Part shown: one piece after another, positions 1 through 15,000 of the stretch | How positions within the stretch are numbered: position 1 is the stretch's first letter | Layout of the letters: every line of letters starts with the position of its first letter | DNA from: Chrysomallon squamiferum | Taxonomy: Eukaryota > Animalia > Mollusca | Reading direction: 5' to 3' | NCBI GenBank assembly: GCA_012295275.1 | Contig: CM022675.1 | Span: 17,112,001 to 17,176,000, forward strand | DNA: 64,000 nucleotides | Position numbers and translations under genes: made by a program | The notes under the pieces: generated by a model | Seen by the model: only the letters and a program-made list of their open reading frames with translations | Databases searched by the model: none | What the model was told of the DNA's origin: nothing

Positions 1-3000
1 GGGCTATCACTGTCAAATAAAAATGTTGAGTTTTTTATTTTGTAAAAACAAATTACTTCAGTGGACAATTTAAATATTTTCTATACCAGATTTTAGTTAA
101 AAATATAACAATAATCAGAAATGAAAAAAACAAAAATTCTACTGAATCAGGACAGAACAGTAATTTCTCAACCTCATTTCTTTTCTTTCACTTCTTGACA
201 AACTAGGTAACAGTCTTTAAAAGAAATATTTTTATTCATACCTTAATGGTGGTTCTCCTCTTGGCTCAACTCTTGGATGAGGGGGAAGAACTGGTAGTCG
301 CATCCTGGGATCACCATGTAGGAAGGGAGATAACTGAGATCCTGTTTGTCCCATTCCAGAACCAAGAAATGCTTTCTCTGTCATCAGATGATACCTCTGT
401 TCATCTGCAACACATTTTAATTAATTAGTGATTTCAAACTCAAAACTGACCAAATTATTGTTAAATGAATAAGTTGCATCAGAATATTTCTTTTAAAACT
501 ATCTGTAATACCTACAGAAAAAATTAAAAATTAAAAATTAATGAATAAATAATGTGTATTTTGATACCATCAGTAAAGATACTTAATTACAGATAATTTA
601 GAATATACTTTGTGACTAAGTTTTAAATGTTGTACATCAGAGATAAATTAACTACCTGTAAATGTTGCACTATCACTTTCTCCAATGAGGTGGCGACGGG
701 AAGCAATGTCACCTGCAGGTTGGGTACGAAGACCTTGTGAATGAGGAAGCTGAAGACTTCCGTAAATATCAGGCACATTTTCCAAATATGCTCGACCATA
801 ACTTCCCTGCATTAGGTTTCCACCTAATAAAGTTCGTTTATTTTTTAATATTATAAAACCAAATAAAATTTAAATATAGAAAATATTGATAAACAGAGTT
901 GCTGAATTATTACATTATTATTTTTCATTATCACTCTGATTATTTAATTATGTCCCCCAGATGATAAAATATTTACCATTCTAGAATTATTTAAAATGAT
1001 AAATGTTTGATGGCACATCTGCATTAAAAAATAATTAAAAATAATAATTAAAAATAATAAATAAAAATAATAAATAAAAATAAAAATAAAAATCAAAATA
1101 AATAAATAAATAAATAAAAAAAAAAAAAATTAATTAATAAAAAAAAATTAAAATTAAAAATAAATAAATTAAAAAAGTTAAAAAATAAATTAAAAAATAA
1201 ATAAATAAATAAAATAAATAATAATAATAATAATAAATCCATCTGCTTTAAACAACAATAATTATATAAATAAACCAGGATGAAACAGTAAGTATAACAT
1301 AACATTACATACCTTCTTGATCTGTGCCATGCAGTGGAGTGATGAAGTTGTTAACAAGAATGGCTGGTTCTCGCAGTGGTACTGCTGGCATATTTCTCAG
1401 CTGTTGCATGAAGTTTTCTGATCTGTCCTCTGTCTCATTGTCTTTTCCCTTTTGTTTCTTTGCTCGTTTCTTGGTCATACCTGGCTGGAGATTTTCACCA
1501 GGTTCTGTCTGTCGTTTTCTCCGTCGTTTTGTCTCTCCTGCTGCTGTTCCTTTACCTTTCTTCTGCTTTCTAAGATTTTCATATTCCTTCCTCCTCCTTT
1601 CATATTCCTGCCTCCTTATTTCTAAAATTTAAATGCCAATGCTTTAGATGATTTATTTTATATTTAAAGAAAGAACCAATAGTAAAAAAAACTAACAAAA
1701 GAAAAAAAATCCCTTCCCCAAAACAATAACTTCTAAAATTTACTTTCCAAAAAAATAACATATCAGTATTTTTATATTACATTATTTTAAAAAATAATGT
1801 CAGATGTTCTAATAAATGGATAATTTTTGACCTGCATTATAAATAATCATTTCATCGCAGCACTGCAGTACAATTTTCCTTTCAAACTGATTTTAGTCTG
1901 GTATGCTTTGGATATATGTGGTAGAAAAACATACTCTCTTTGTTCATCAAATGTTTAAACTAACCAAGTATTTTCTCTCTTTCTTCTGGTGTTTTCATCT
2001 CCCACTCTTCAGGAGAAATCTCTGTCTCTTTACACAAAGGCATCTCGTCTATCATCTCCAACTGTCGCCGCTGTTCAGGTGTAAGGTCAGGCAATTCTTC
2101 ATTCTAAAATAACACACATCACTTAAATATTTAGCATATTCATGTTTGAAGGTCAACACAACCTTAAAATTTCTAACATTTAAACATCTAATATAATACA
2201 TTTATTAAACACAGCAAATTTAATTTTCAAACATATTGCAGATTTAAATACCACTGAATATTAAACTCTCTTCCATTTCATTACTTCATGAGACATAAAC
2301 ATAATGTAAAATGAATGTGAATTTAATATCCTATTTATTATTATCAATTCTTAATTAGTATCTTTTAAAAAATCCAATAAAAAACTATTTTTCAAAAATA
2401 AATAACATTTTTGGAAAAAGACCGAAATTCTATACAAAATATGTTAGGCTTATTACACCAGATTAAAAAATTACAATATGTAGTAGTTTAGATGAAAACA
2501 AACCTGTAATCCAACAGATAACATTTTGTAGTTAATCTGACATTCATTTATTATAATCAGTTTATAATCATAACGATTGTGTAATAGATTTTATGTTTGT
2601 TTCATATATTTTAATTGTATGCTATATGGTAATAAAATACCCTATTCAGGAATAAAGTCAAGGTTATTTTGTAAATATTTTAAAGTGTCAAAACAAGAAC
2701 AAAAAAACCCAACAACAGCTGATTATTTTAAGTTAAAGCACAAATTAGTGTGTTTAGATTATACCACATGTCAATTATTTACAGCAGTATATTCAACTCT
2801 GCATTTTAGTACTAATATACTTTGAACAATTCTAAACTTACAAGAAAATAAATGGTCTTTAATGCTATATATATATAGCAATTTGGCTGCAATACTGTTA
2901 ATCAGCTAGTCAAAAAGCCATCTTTAGGTCACGTTTTAGGCAACTATTGTTAATTTTTTAAAGTCAATATGGAATCAATCATATTTTACACTAGTAACTT

Positions 3001-6000
3001 AACAAATCTATCACTGTTGATAGGTACTAGTTGTCTAATTATTAATTAATTTAATTTTATATAATACTGAAGAAAATGAGTACAAAAATGAAAGGTGCAG
3101 AAAAATAAGAAGAAAAAATGCATGAACAAATATGACATTGTCTCTGTTGGTTCAAAAGACATATGCAGATAAGTAGCATACGTAACTGGTGGGTTTTTTT
3201 TAACCATATTTTGGCAAATTGAAGGAAAGAACAATTCTGGCCAACTGTAGTTTGAAAAGTAACTGATATAAAATACTCACAATTAACAAGAGTGCTGGGA
3301 CCAACTTGTTTTAAGTGTATCTATATGTTCACAATAACATGTTGAACATGCCACATTTATCAAAATGGAAACTGGCAGAATGCCTCTAAAATGACTCAGT
3401 GCAAACAGACACTGGTTTCAGTTTTGGTCTCATTTGAAAAATTCAACCAGTGTTGTGAACAATTTGTCAAGAACTTCCAAAAGACATTGTTGAGTCTAAC
3501 ATTACTTTTTTTTTTTCCTGCCAAGCCCATAAAAAAACCTTTTCAATTTGAAGTAAAACTGTGAGGCAGTGCATCCGTAAGTTCAGTTCATAGCAACCAT
3601 TATTTCTTGGCACTTTAAGCCCCCAAACTTTGAGAAAACAAGTCAGGGTAGTTTCAGCAAGAATTAATTTGAATTTAACATTTATTTATTGTTGTTTATA
3701 GTTTAAAGAGCAGCAGGTCTGCCATTGCTGCAGTCACTGAAAGAATTTTTATTTTTATTTATTTTTTTAATTTGTTTCTTTGTTATTATTGAGTATTTTT
3801 TAAAATTATTATTAGTAGTATTTTCTTAAAGTTAACATATGTTTTAACTTCAGATGCATTTTATTTTTGAGTCATACTGCATTTTAAGGTAGTTAAATGA
3901 CTCAGGGATAGCCATTTAAGAAAAAGATAAAAAAAAAAAGATATGGGTCAAAGTTTTAAACACCTTTATATATAGCACAGCACACTTTATTTACATAAAT
4001 AGTTTGATTTTTCTGATTATTAATTAGTAGTAATAAGTTAAAATACTGTGATGTGTGTATTTCTATATATATATATAAATGTTACTTAAAAGAACTACAA
4101 GCATTTGATGTAACTATAATCCTCTGCAATATTCAGCTTATAAACTCTGCTAATCATTGGTGTCTACTCCAGAAAGGTGTTACAGGTACAAGTTATTAGA
4201 AGTATGAACAATGTAGAAATATAATCATTTTAAATAGTGCCAATTCTTTTTAGTTGCACATAGAATCTGTGGCTATTTGGCCTGATAGGTCACAGAATTT
4301 ACAGCAAAGATGGCACACCGTAGTGTTGCACACTGTTCAAAAGTAAGCGAATGAGCTTTTGTTTGCAAGTCTTATTTTCAGCCTTTTAAAAAAAAAAAAA
4401 AAAAAAATTGATTTGAAGGCAAGCAAAAATACCGTTTTGCACAGAACTTTTGATAAAAGCCAATGCCACCAACAACATGTACACTGTTAGAAAGATCGAA
4501 CTTTGAACCTCCTAGCAGTGCTGAAAAATAACACTGAAGTAACTATTATGTAGTTAAGCCAGGTATTCATAGGGCAAAATTTTAGGACTTTTTACTCCAC
4601 ACTTTCAACGGCTGACCATGGGTGCTGAAGTTTGTTTAACCCCACCACTTATACAAAGTGCTGATTTAACACACAATTATCTTTCTTTCCACATATTTGT
4701 TTTTCATGGTAGGTTTGACAGAAAGGATTTTGGAGTGGAGGAAAATGGACAATAACTAAACTTTTAACAGCTTTATCCAATTATATCGGTTAGGTTGCTG
4801 GTATCTACTGTTGATAAAATAAAAAAACAAACCTCAGTGTTATCTCCAGATGTATTTTGACTTCCAGTTTTTGCTAGAAGCTGTTTTAACATTGCATTCT
4901 GAGCTCTCTCCTCAGCAGTCATTTCTATCTGACTGTCAAGATCTAAATGACGTCCTGAAAGACAAAACATCAGATCTCAACTAAATGACATTATCACATA
5001 AAACAAAATACCATATTAAGTATCAATAGAAAGGACCAAATTAAAATTACTATTCAATATTGATTGCATAATCATATGAATATTTCTAGAAATAGTTTCA
5101 GTGAAATAAACAGTTTGAGTGAAATAAAAAATGTATGAATGCAATCAATATAATAATTTATATGTCAAATATTTTGTTTTTTTTCCAAATTTCAAAATGA
5201 TCTGAAAATAAAAATGTACATCTCTTACCTGGAAGATCATGGTGCTCTTCTTTAGGTTCTTGTTTTATCTGCATCATGGGTACCCGAGGAATAGGTCCAG
5301 CTGATGGAGGCATCTGCATCATAGGAATAGGCAGGGGAACAGATCCATCAACTGATGAAGGTGGAATTGGGAACTGCATTGGCATTCTTGGACGGTAATC
5401 TGGACCAGTTGGCATACAGTCACTCTGCATCATACGAGGCATACGTTCTCCCATCATAGGCATCATCCGTTCCCCTTGAGGAAAGATATGTGGCATTCGA
5501 TCCCCAGGAACCATATGATGTAAATGCTGAGGTGGTATGCCACGTGGCATCAACATACCAGGGGGCATCATTCTAAGAGCCATGGACTGACCAGGATGAC
5601 CTGTCATGCCTCCCACCGGATGAACCATCATGCCTTCTCCAGACTGGCCAGCAAAACCTCCATGTTGGGTTGCCATTACTCCAGGCTGAGTTACTGTATT
5701 TGCAGGTTGGGCTGACATACCTCCAGGTTGAGAAACCTGTCCTTTTTCTGCTGAACTGACTGACTGACCAAATTTATTCTCATTATTCTCCATACTCTGC
5801 AGAATTTCTGCCTGTGGACGTTCCTGGTTAAGTTTACTAGACTGCAGAGTCACAGTAGGAATACCAGGTGATGATGCCGGTGGCTTGTCTTGACTAACAG
5901 AAGCAGGTGGCATTCTGGAATATCCTGAAACTGGAGGCTGGCCTTGACTTGATGAGGTCTGAATTTCCTGTGCTGAAGATGAAGTAGATAAACTGGATGA

Positions 6001-9000
6001 ACACTGTGGAACTCCAGTATTGGGTGTTACTGTATTTGGTATTCCTGAAACTGATGACATAGGAGTCACAAACTGAGAAGCTCCTGAATGGCTTATATTA
6101 TGACTCTGAGGAAGTGAAGATGGTTTAGTTGCTCGAGCAATGCCTTGACTGAAAGGATGCGGACTGGAAACCTGTGACATGACTGCTGCCATTTTTTCTA
6201 AAGCTGATGGATGATTTCCTGGGGCAGATGGAAGGTCTGCAAATGCTGGATGGTGAAATGTTGGATGTCGCATTGGAGGCATCTGAGAATGACCAACATC
6301 ATCAAACCTAGGTGGCATCATTCCAGGAAAATCACCAGGCCCCGGTCCTCTCATTCTTGGCATCATATGAGATCTAGGTCTGGCCATTCTCTGAGATACT
6401 CCATGTAGTTCAGCAGACATCATTCCACTAGGCATTGGTGGTCTGAGTCTCTGATGACCCATCATTCCAGGCATATTTGCAGCTGCATGGTTCATATCAG
6501 GTCTGTTACCTGTGGGTGCTATAGATGGCAACCCTGGTGGAATACTGGCTGCAGTTGAGCATTTGGTCACACCAGGTCGGTTACTAGGCATGGGCATGCC
6601 ACGCCCATGAGCTGCCATTATAGCAGAAGCATATGATGGTGGAAGATGTTGCATTGAATGTGGGATACCACTTGAAGGATGTGACTGTGCCATTTGCATT
6701 CTCATTAAACCTTCTTTGTGAAATTCATGTGGAGGTTCCCCTACATTTGAGACAGACATGTGAACATTTGATGGTGCCACAGTATTTCTATGATCTGAAG
6801 GTTTAAGCCAGTCTTCTTGTGACACAGATGATTCACTAACATCAGGAAGACGAGCAACAGCATCTATGGTAGCCTGAATGTGAGAACTTATAAGTTCTCT
6901 GTTTCTCTCAGCTTCTGTTAAAGTACTTTCTGATGATGATGTTAGTGTTTTTGCTTTAGATGATGATACAAAAGTGGATACATTAACAGAAGATGCAGTA
7001 GTATTTTGAGCTAATGAAGTCTGTATTGAAGATGATTCTGAAGCTGTGCTTACTGTTACAGATGGTTCAGGCTTTTCTGATTGTGTGTGTGACATTCTAG
7101 GTGCTAAGCTCATGGTAGAAGATACTGATATTCCGTCTCCTGCAGTAGCTTTTGAATAACTAACTGATGATAGGACACTGAGTGATGATGAAGACATCTC
7201 TTGTGATGTTGTTGCAGGAGCTATTACTACTGTTGTATTTTTACTGACTGGTTGATGGGAAACTTGAGTTTGAGGTAGATTCTTTGGGACAACTGAAGTT
7301 TGAGCATGCATATATGAAGGCAACTGAGAAGATGATGATGTTACTGTTGATGCTGAAGGAAATGATGAAGGTAATGATACTAAAGTTGGGGCTGATGATG
7401 AGAATGACACTGATACAGGTAATGAAGTTCCTGAAACAGCAGTGTTCAATGTTTTTGATGAAAGTGATGATGTCATTGCAGATGGTAATGAAGATGATGC
7501 AAATTGTTGCATAGATGTGGATGCTGGAAGTGTTAATGATGCTGATGAAACAGTATGTAAATGAATAGTAGATTCTGAATGCTGAAAAGAATCAGTTGTT
7601 TGTGATACTGCTGCTGAGACCACAGTCTGTTCCATTTGCTTAGGACCTGGATGCTGCAGTTGAATTGCTTGTTTTACTGATTCACTGGGTTCAGATGTAT
7701 TCTGAACATTCTGTGTTTGAGAACAAACTGCTGACATATTTTCTTGTAAACAATTATCTGACAAGGTTTTTTGTTTATCAGGACTGTTGGTCACCTTGCA
7801 TTCAGTTACAGAATCTGGTGTGGGCTGTTTTGATTGACCTGATATAGATTGCAATTCATCAAAGTTTTCACCATGATTTTGTGTAACAGATGCAGCTGAA
7901 TCTTCTGACACTGGTTCTTCCGATTTCTCCACAGATTCACCTTCCTGTTGTGTAGCAGATGAATGATGATCAACCGACTGTTGTTGAGATGTCTGTGCCT
8001 TTTCTGAATCCAGCTGAGGTGGATGTTCCTGTTCATTGTCAGTTCCACAATGAGTCTCATCATTACAAATATTTACAGTAGTTTTGTTTTCAAAATTAGA
8101 ATTCACTTCTTTTTTAGATTCATTGCATTTGTTTGTTCTTTTGTCTTTATTTTCAGAGTCGTCATTCTCATCATCTGTGCCACAATGGACTCCATCACTA
8201 CATTTAGTTTTTTCATTATTTTCATCTTCATCATCAGTTCCACAATGGATTCCATCATCACACTTTGTTTTCCCAGCTGTACTTTCACTTTCATCATCAG
8301 TTCCACAATGGACTCCATCATCGCATTTTGTTTTTCCAGCTGTACTTTCATCTTCATCATCAGTTCCACAATGGACTCCATCATCACACTTTGTTTTCCC
8401 AGCTATACTTTCATCTTCATCATCAGTTCCACAATGGATTCCATCATCACACTTTGTTTTCCCAGCTGTACTTTCATCTTCATCATCAGTTCCACAATGG
8501 ACTCCATCATCACACTTTGTTTTCCCAGCTATACTTTCATCTTCATCATCAGTTCCACAATGGATTCCATCATCACACTTTGTTTTCCCAGCTGTACTTT
8601 CATCTTCATCATCAGTCCCACAATGGACTCCATCATCACACTTTGTTTTTCCAGTTGTACTTTCATCTTCATCATCAGTTCCACAATGGATTCCATCATC
8701 ACATTTTGCTTTTTCATTACTTTCATTTTCATCATCAGTTCCACAATGGATTCCATCATTGCATTTTGCTTTTTCATTACTTTCATTCTCATCATCAGTT
8801 CCACAATGAATTCCATCACTGCATTTTGCTTTTTCATTACTTTCATTTTCATCATCAGTTCCACAATGAATTCCATCATCACATTTTGGTTTTTCATTAC
8901 TTTCATTTTCATCATCAGTTCCACAATGAATTCCATCACCACATTTTTCCTCATCTGATTTCCCACTTTTATCAGTTTGAGTTCCACCTTCTTGCTCGTT

Positions 9001-12000
9001 TTCCTTAACTTTTTCAGGTGTTTTCTTGGTCATTTCTGGTCCAGACACTGTAACTTTTCCTTCATTCATCCTTCCTTGTAACTCAGTATTTGAAGAACTT
9101 TCTGAAACAGACATCTTAGGTTTTTCTATATCTGATCTCACAGTTATACCAGAATCAGATAAGCCACCTGATACTTCTGAGGCCAAGGATTTCAGTGTAT
9201 CTGATGCAGCAGAAGAAACTGGATGGGTATGAGCAACAGAAAGCATTGGCTGTGATGGCACAGAGGAGGCCTCTGATTGTGATATATGCACAGTAGGTTG
9301 GGTAATGCTGACAGACAATTCTGTAGTCATGTGAATATTGGCCATCCTTTGAAGACCTGAAGAAGCAGATTCCGTTCTTGGTCTGGGCCCAGTTACTGAA
9401 TTAGAAGTACTTGTTAAAGTTGATCCTGGTCCAAAACCAGGCCCAGGTAAAGACACTGACAGATATTGATGATGCGTAATGCCTGCCTGACCCAGCATCT
9501 GTTGCTGAACAGAATCTTCCATACCAGACCTTGATCCTTCAGATGATGCTGGACTTTTTCCTCTTGGACTTTTATTTCCGTTGCTGCCAGAATCATCCTC
9601 TTTCTGAGCAAGAGCAGCTGAATTGCTGAGTATTTCCAATATTCGTCTTTCTGTCTCTGACTGTGGCTTGATGGGAAATTCTGATAAAGGTTTGTTGCTG
9701 GTCACAGGAGGAGGAGGACGAACTGGAAGTCCAGTCTGAGGTGATTGTTGTGATACAGATGTTGTAGATGTGCTGTGTGGTCCTTTATTTGGGAAAAAAT
9801 AAAGTAAATCACGTATACAAGATTAAGACAGGTATTTTTACTTAAAATTATAATAATAAATACTATAGAAAAATTATAAAATAAACAAAACATAATACAT
9901 AATAAACACTAATGTTAGCTTAAAAATAATATTGATACTTATTCTCCGTTTTCATATGCAAGATCACATAATTGTATTTTACCTGCATTAGCTATACATA
10001 TAAAGTAACAAAAGTTTATATACCTAACACCTGTGCCTGATTAGGCATTGAAGGAGGTAATGGCTGCATCTGAGCACTATCAGATTCAACCTTCTTCTTT
10101 TTCTTCCTTGTCTTTTTAGCTTTTTCCTTGACTGCAGTTGTGCCCATCTCAGCTGGATGATTGGCAGGTTGTGGGACGCCAAAGCCTGTAAACAGCCATG
10201 GGTATGGAAGCTTGTGAAAGGACAAACATACAGAGCAAGGCAGCAAGCACAGAAACACATGCCTTTTATTATTAGTTTAAGTTTTTCTTTTTCTTCTTTT
10301 TTTAATTAGAAGTTTTCCATGCTTTAAATCTTTAAGCAGATGATGATGTCATATCTATCCTAACATTTTCCTATAACATTATTTAAGTGTTGTTTTATAG
10401 TTAAAAGGTATATTTATGTTATAAAATATATAAACAATTAATTTTTTTTTCATTTAAATCTGTTAAATTATATTTTGTCATATTTCATATATATAAATAT
10501 TTTATCTGATTTATTATTCTTAATTTTTTTTTTAAAGTAAATAATACATAATAAATATATACATTAATATCTATATTAGTATCATAAAAAAAATAATTAA
10601 CCATTCATCTTCAGTTGAGAAAGAAACACATTCAATCATCTATATTCATATTTTATAAAAACTTGCTTTTTATTTAACAAAAAATTAAATAAATAAATAA
10701 ATAAATGAATTAAAACAAAAGAAAAGAAGGAAAATACTAATGTTGTACCCTCATTGGTTTAATATTATTTGTAACTCTGTATGTTTTTCTCCCTTTACAA
10801 ACATCCTTTCATTTTTTAACATAGAGCATGAAACAGACAGCACCATGACGTTACGCTTAACTGAATGCATGTATGTATTTATTTAAAGAAATATAAAAAT
10901 GACCAGACATTTACATTTAGCAAAAACGTTTTAATTCCATTTCTATAGTTGCTAATATTATTAAATGAGACAAAACATAATGATATGAAAAAAGTAATTT
11001 ATCAAACAAAATGTTATGGATGAATAATGGATTTGCAGCTTTCTGAATGCTATTTCAGTCCTTTTTTTAGCAAGAAGAAATTCATAAACGTATTAACAGA
11101 ACTATAAACACTGTTTACAGGCCAAGTTTGAGTATGTTGAACACATTTTGTATTCTTTGACAGTTTCATTTTGTAAATGTTTGAAACATTTTACAGTGAA
11201 ATTTCAAAATAATTTGAATTAAAATATTTAAATGTTCAGTATTTCATTATTATTACCATTAGTGTCCATGCCATGGTTATTTTAATAATGTGTTATCTTA
11301 GTTCAGGTGGATTCAATTATTCACCAACCTGAAGATGGGCTGAACCATTTTAATAAAAATGAGACATCATATCAAACTTTACAAAATTGATTAAAACTTT
11401 CACATGCACCAAACTTAATTTAACCAAATAAGACCAGGAATATAAATAAAGAAAATATAAAAATGAGATATTTTTAAAAATTTAAATAAAAATAATTAAA
11501 ATTACATGTATATACTAATTAAAATAAATATATTAAAAGCAGAACACCCAGACCCACACAGAGAGAATCATCTACCAGCAAAAAGCAAATAATAGCAAGC
11601 TCTTGGGATTAAAAGGAAGGGAGTTAACTGAGATGGGCAAACAGCAGCAGAATCTAATCTATGTTAAAATAAGGCAACTCAGAATGGTTAACAGAATATT
11701 AAGCACTAAAACTGTTAACAATAAAACTGGAATAAAGAAAGCTCACATTAAAATAAAATAATAATAATAATAAAATTATTTAAATTATTAAATAATACTG
11801 AAATAACAATAATAATAAAACAAACCATGCTGCCAGAATTAATTATACCATTAATTTGTGGATCTTCATTAATTTTATTACTCTTCCCACCCCCACATTT
11901 ATTATTTTCTTTGGTTTTTGAAAATTTATTTAGGTTGGGCTTAAACACAATGAATATACTTCCATCAATATTGATGCATTTTTATCTGTTGTCTCTGCTA

Positions 12001-15000
12001 CTAAAACAATATAATAATATTACTATCTCAAAATTTATTTTGTATTCAACTATGGTACATGAAAATAATGTTTTTCTATTTTATGTTTGTTCTTTGTATA
12101 ACATAAGATTTACATTCTACCATGTTTCATTACACTGTTTACTAATCTTAGGGCCAATGCACAAATAGCATTAGATCATTTGTATTGGCATTTTTTTCAG
12201 TAAATTTTACACAACAATGTTAAATATAAAAAAACTGGAACATAGTAATTTTTTGTTTCCAGATATTAGCCATTAGAAAAAAAATTGAAAGTGAAAGAGA
12301 AGCAGACGTATTTAAGACATTATATCAAGATGCTTCGATATTCTCTTAACAGTAAATTTTTATTATTATTATTTTTTAATTTTGCAAATACAGTTTGGAT
12401 AAAGAATTAATTCATAAATAATTTGCCAATAATATTAAATTTAATCCACTGAAAGATAAAAACAAATATAAATAATTTAAATTTTCCAAAAATATATAAT
12501 TATGTGTGTTTGTGTGTTACACACACATGTAACAGTTCTATTCAAAGCCACAAATTACTTGGTCTGATTAAGGCTTGCTTGAAAAAGCAATATTATTCTA
12601 GATATTAAAACTGAAGACACAGATTATAAGAAAAGGTGTTAGCAAAGACAGATACTAAAAATATAAATAATAATAATAAGAACACCAAGAAATTTACCTC
12701 TTATCATCAATTTTTCTCATTTTAAAATTTACTTCTGTATCTTAGTCTCTTTTTTTTCATTCTTTTTATATTTTATTTTTAATCTGTTTTTGCATTTTAA
12801 TCTTTTTAAAAAATATTGTTCTTAAATTGATTTTTAAAATATGTCCAACCATTTTTCCAGTATTTGTTGTACATTATAATGTACGAATGCAAACTGCTTG
12901 TTTTCATGATGCTTAAGAAGATCCTACTATGGAGATGAATACAATTTGTAATGTCTTGAGGAAGATCACAGAATATTAATAAGATTAGAAATAAAGCTTG
13001 CTTATTTATGCATACTTTAAGCATGTTGTAATGATTGTTAAAATTATAAAGTTATTTTATAATTTACTGTTTAAATAAATATACACAAAACCACTAGGTT
13101 TTATGTACCAAATCATTTTGCCAGATTTATTAAACTGCACTAACCTGGAGTCATTGGCATTCCCTGCATTCTTATCTGGTCTACTTGTTGACTGCCAGGC
13201 ATTTGAGGAAAGCCTCCAGTGAATCCAGGTCTTGGACCTTCAAAAGGAGGTCTACTACCATCAAAAGGAGGTCTACTACCATCAAAAGAAGGCCTTGGTC
13301 CATCAAATGGAGGTCGTGGTACATCAAAAGGAGGTCTTGCACCTTCAAAATGAGGACGAGGAGCTTCAAATGCTGGTCTGGGACCTTCAAAAGGAGGACG
13401 AGAGCCTTCAAACATATGTCTAGGACCAGTTTCTGGGAAATGACCTGGGCCAGGAGCTATACAGAAAAATTAAATCCCTCCAAAGTCAATAATAAAATGA
13501 AAATTAATTATCACACAACCATGCTGTTCCACTTCATTATTAAGGTACCAAATTTCATTTTAAAAATGAACTTGTATTTAATTTCAAAATCATAATGCTG
13601 AAGGTAATCCAACTGTTTTCACTTATATAATAACTTTAAATCAGAATTATTTGTTTTGTCCTTTTTATTTTCTTAAAAATCACATTAAACTCAGTTCAGA
13701 TCTGGATGTTATACTTCAGGATTACCTGCTTTCATTTTTATACACGTCAATATATTTACCTCTCTGGAATCTGGGACCCTGTTCAAAAGAACCACGCTCA
13801 CGAAAGAAAGGCACTGGGCCTGGTGCTTCAGGTTTAGCTGTTAAACATGCAAATATATTATTATTAGTAGTACTACTTTTTACAAATATTCTTATAACAT
13901 ATAGTTCTGCCAAAAGAAAAACTTTAATTATTCTAAACCTTTTTAATTATTATTCGTTACTAGAAAAAAAAAAAAATAAAAAATAAAAACAATATAGACA
14001 TCTGTCCATAAGAAAACATTCTTTCCAACTGAAAAATGCAACAAATTAGAAGTATTTTTTATTTAAGATATACCTTGGAATATATCACAGATATAAATAT
14101 ATTTATATGTTTTTTTTTCACATTCATGTCCTTTATGAATTAATGATTTTAATAATAATAAAAAAATAACCTAGAAGTCAAAAAAAAAAAAGGAAATAAA
14201 ATAAAATATATATATATATATAAAGAATAATAAACATCACAATAAAGGAAAACTTATTTTAAAAAATAATTTTTGAATACACACAAAAATATTTCAGTAA
14301 TGTTTTGCAACAAGTATGAGTATTGATAGAAACTAATATATAAACAAATCTATCTCAGCACCTGTAGCTGCAGTATCTCCACTTGCAGGTTTTGTAGGAT
14401 CAATTCGCTGTCTACCCTGGACCTGATCATGGAATCGCTGTAGTTGTTCTCTTTGTTGAAAACCTTCAGAAAATGGATTGTTATCCTACAAGAAAAATAA
14501 ATATGTGAACATAGGTTAGACTGCAGTATAACAGCAGTTGACAAAATATTTCTGAAATCCACAGAAATGACAGTGGATGAGTCTCAATTTTAATTATCAT
14601 TTTATATTCAGAAAATGTCAGAATAGGTCAGAAAAAAAAAAAAAAAATAAAAAAGATATGAATTAAAGATCAAGTAAATAAAACAAATTTGCATTTGGTA
14701 GTTTTACAAAAAATGTTTGCTCTATTAATAATTTCACATTAAGTATTTTAAATTAATACAGAAGTATTAGGTATTACATTATATTAATACTGGTAATTCA
14801 ATATTCAACATGATTTTTAGCAGAAACCAATTTAAAAAGAAAATAAGGTCTACAGTATTTTGAGAAAATAAATATTAATACATACATAATGCAAATAAAT
14901 GATAATGCACAGTACAGTTACAAATCCAAAACATTAAGACTGATAACTTTTTTAACTGGAAAACATATTTAAAAATTACAGAGCAGGACTACTTCAAGCT

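Noticed and set aside
8160-8946. CRISPR-like regular repeat spacing
   Set aside because: The context is eukaryotic, the 'spacers' are near-identical, and the array is in-frame protein-coding sequence.
8023-9008. Long plus-strand ORFs (311, 241 and 247 aa; His-rich and hydrophobic) and alternative minus frames
   Set aside because: They are shadows of the stop-free 60/63-nt coding repeat; the real frame is the KMT2C/D exon.
11329-11339. 11-nt cag|CCCATCTTCAG|gt microexon-like segment
   Set aside because: It is frameshifting and has a poor polypyrimidine tract.
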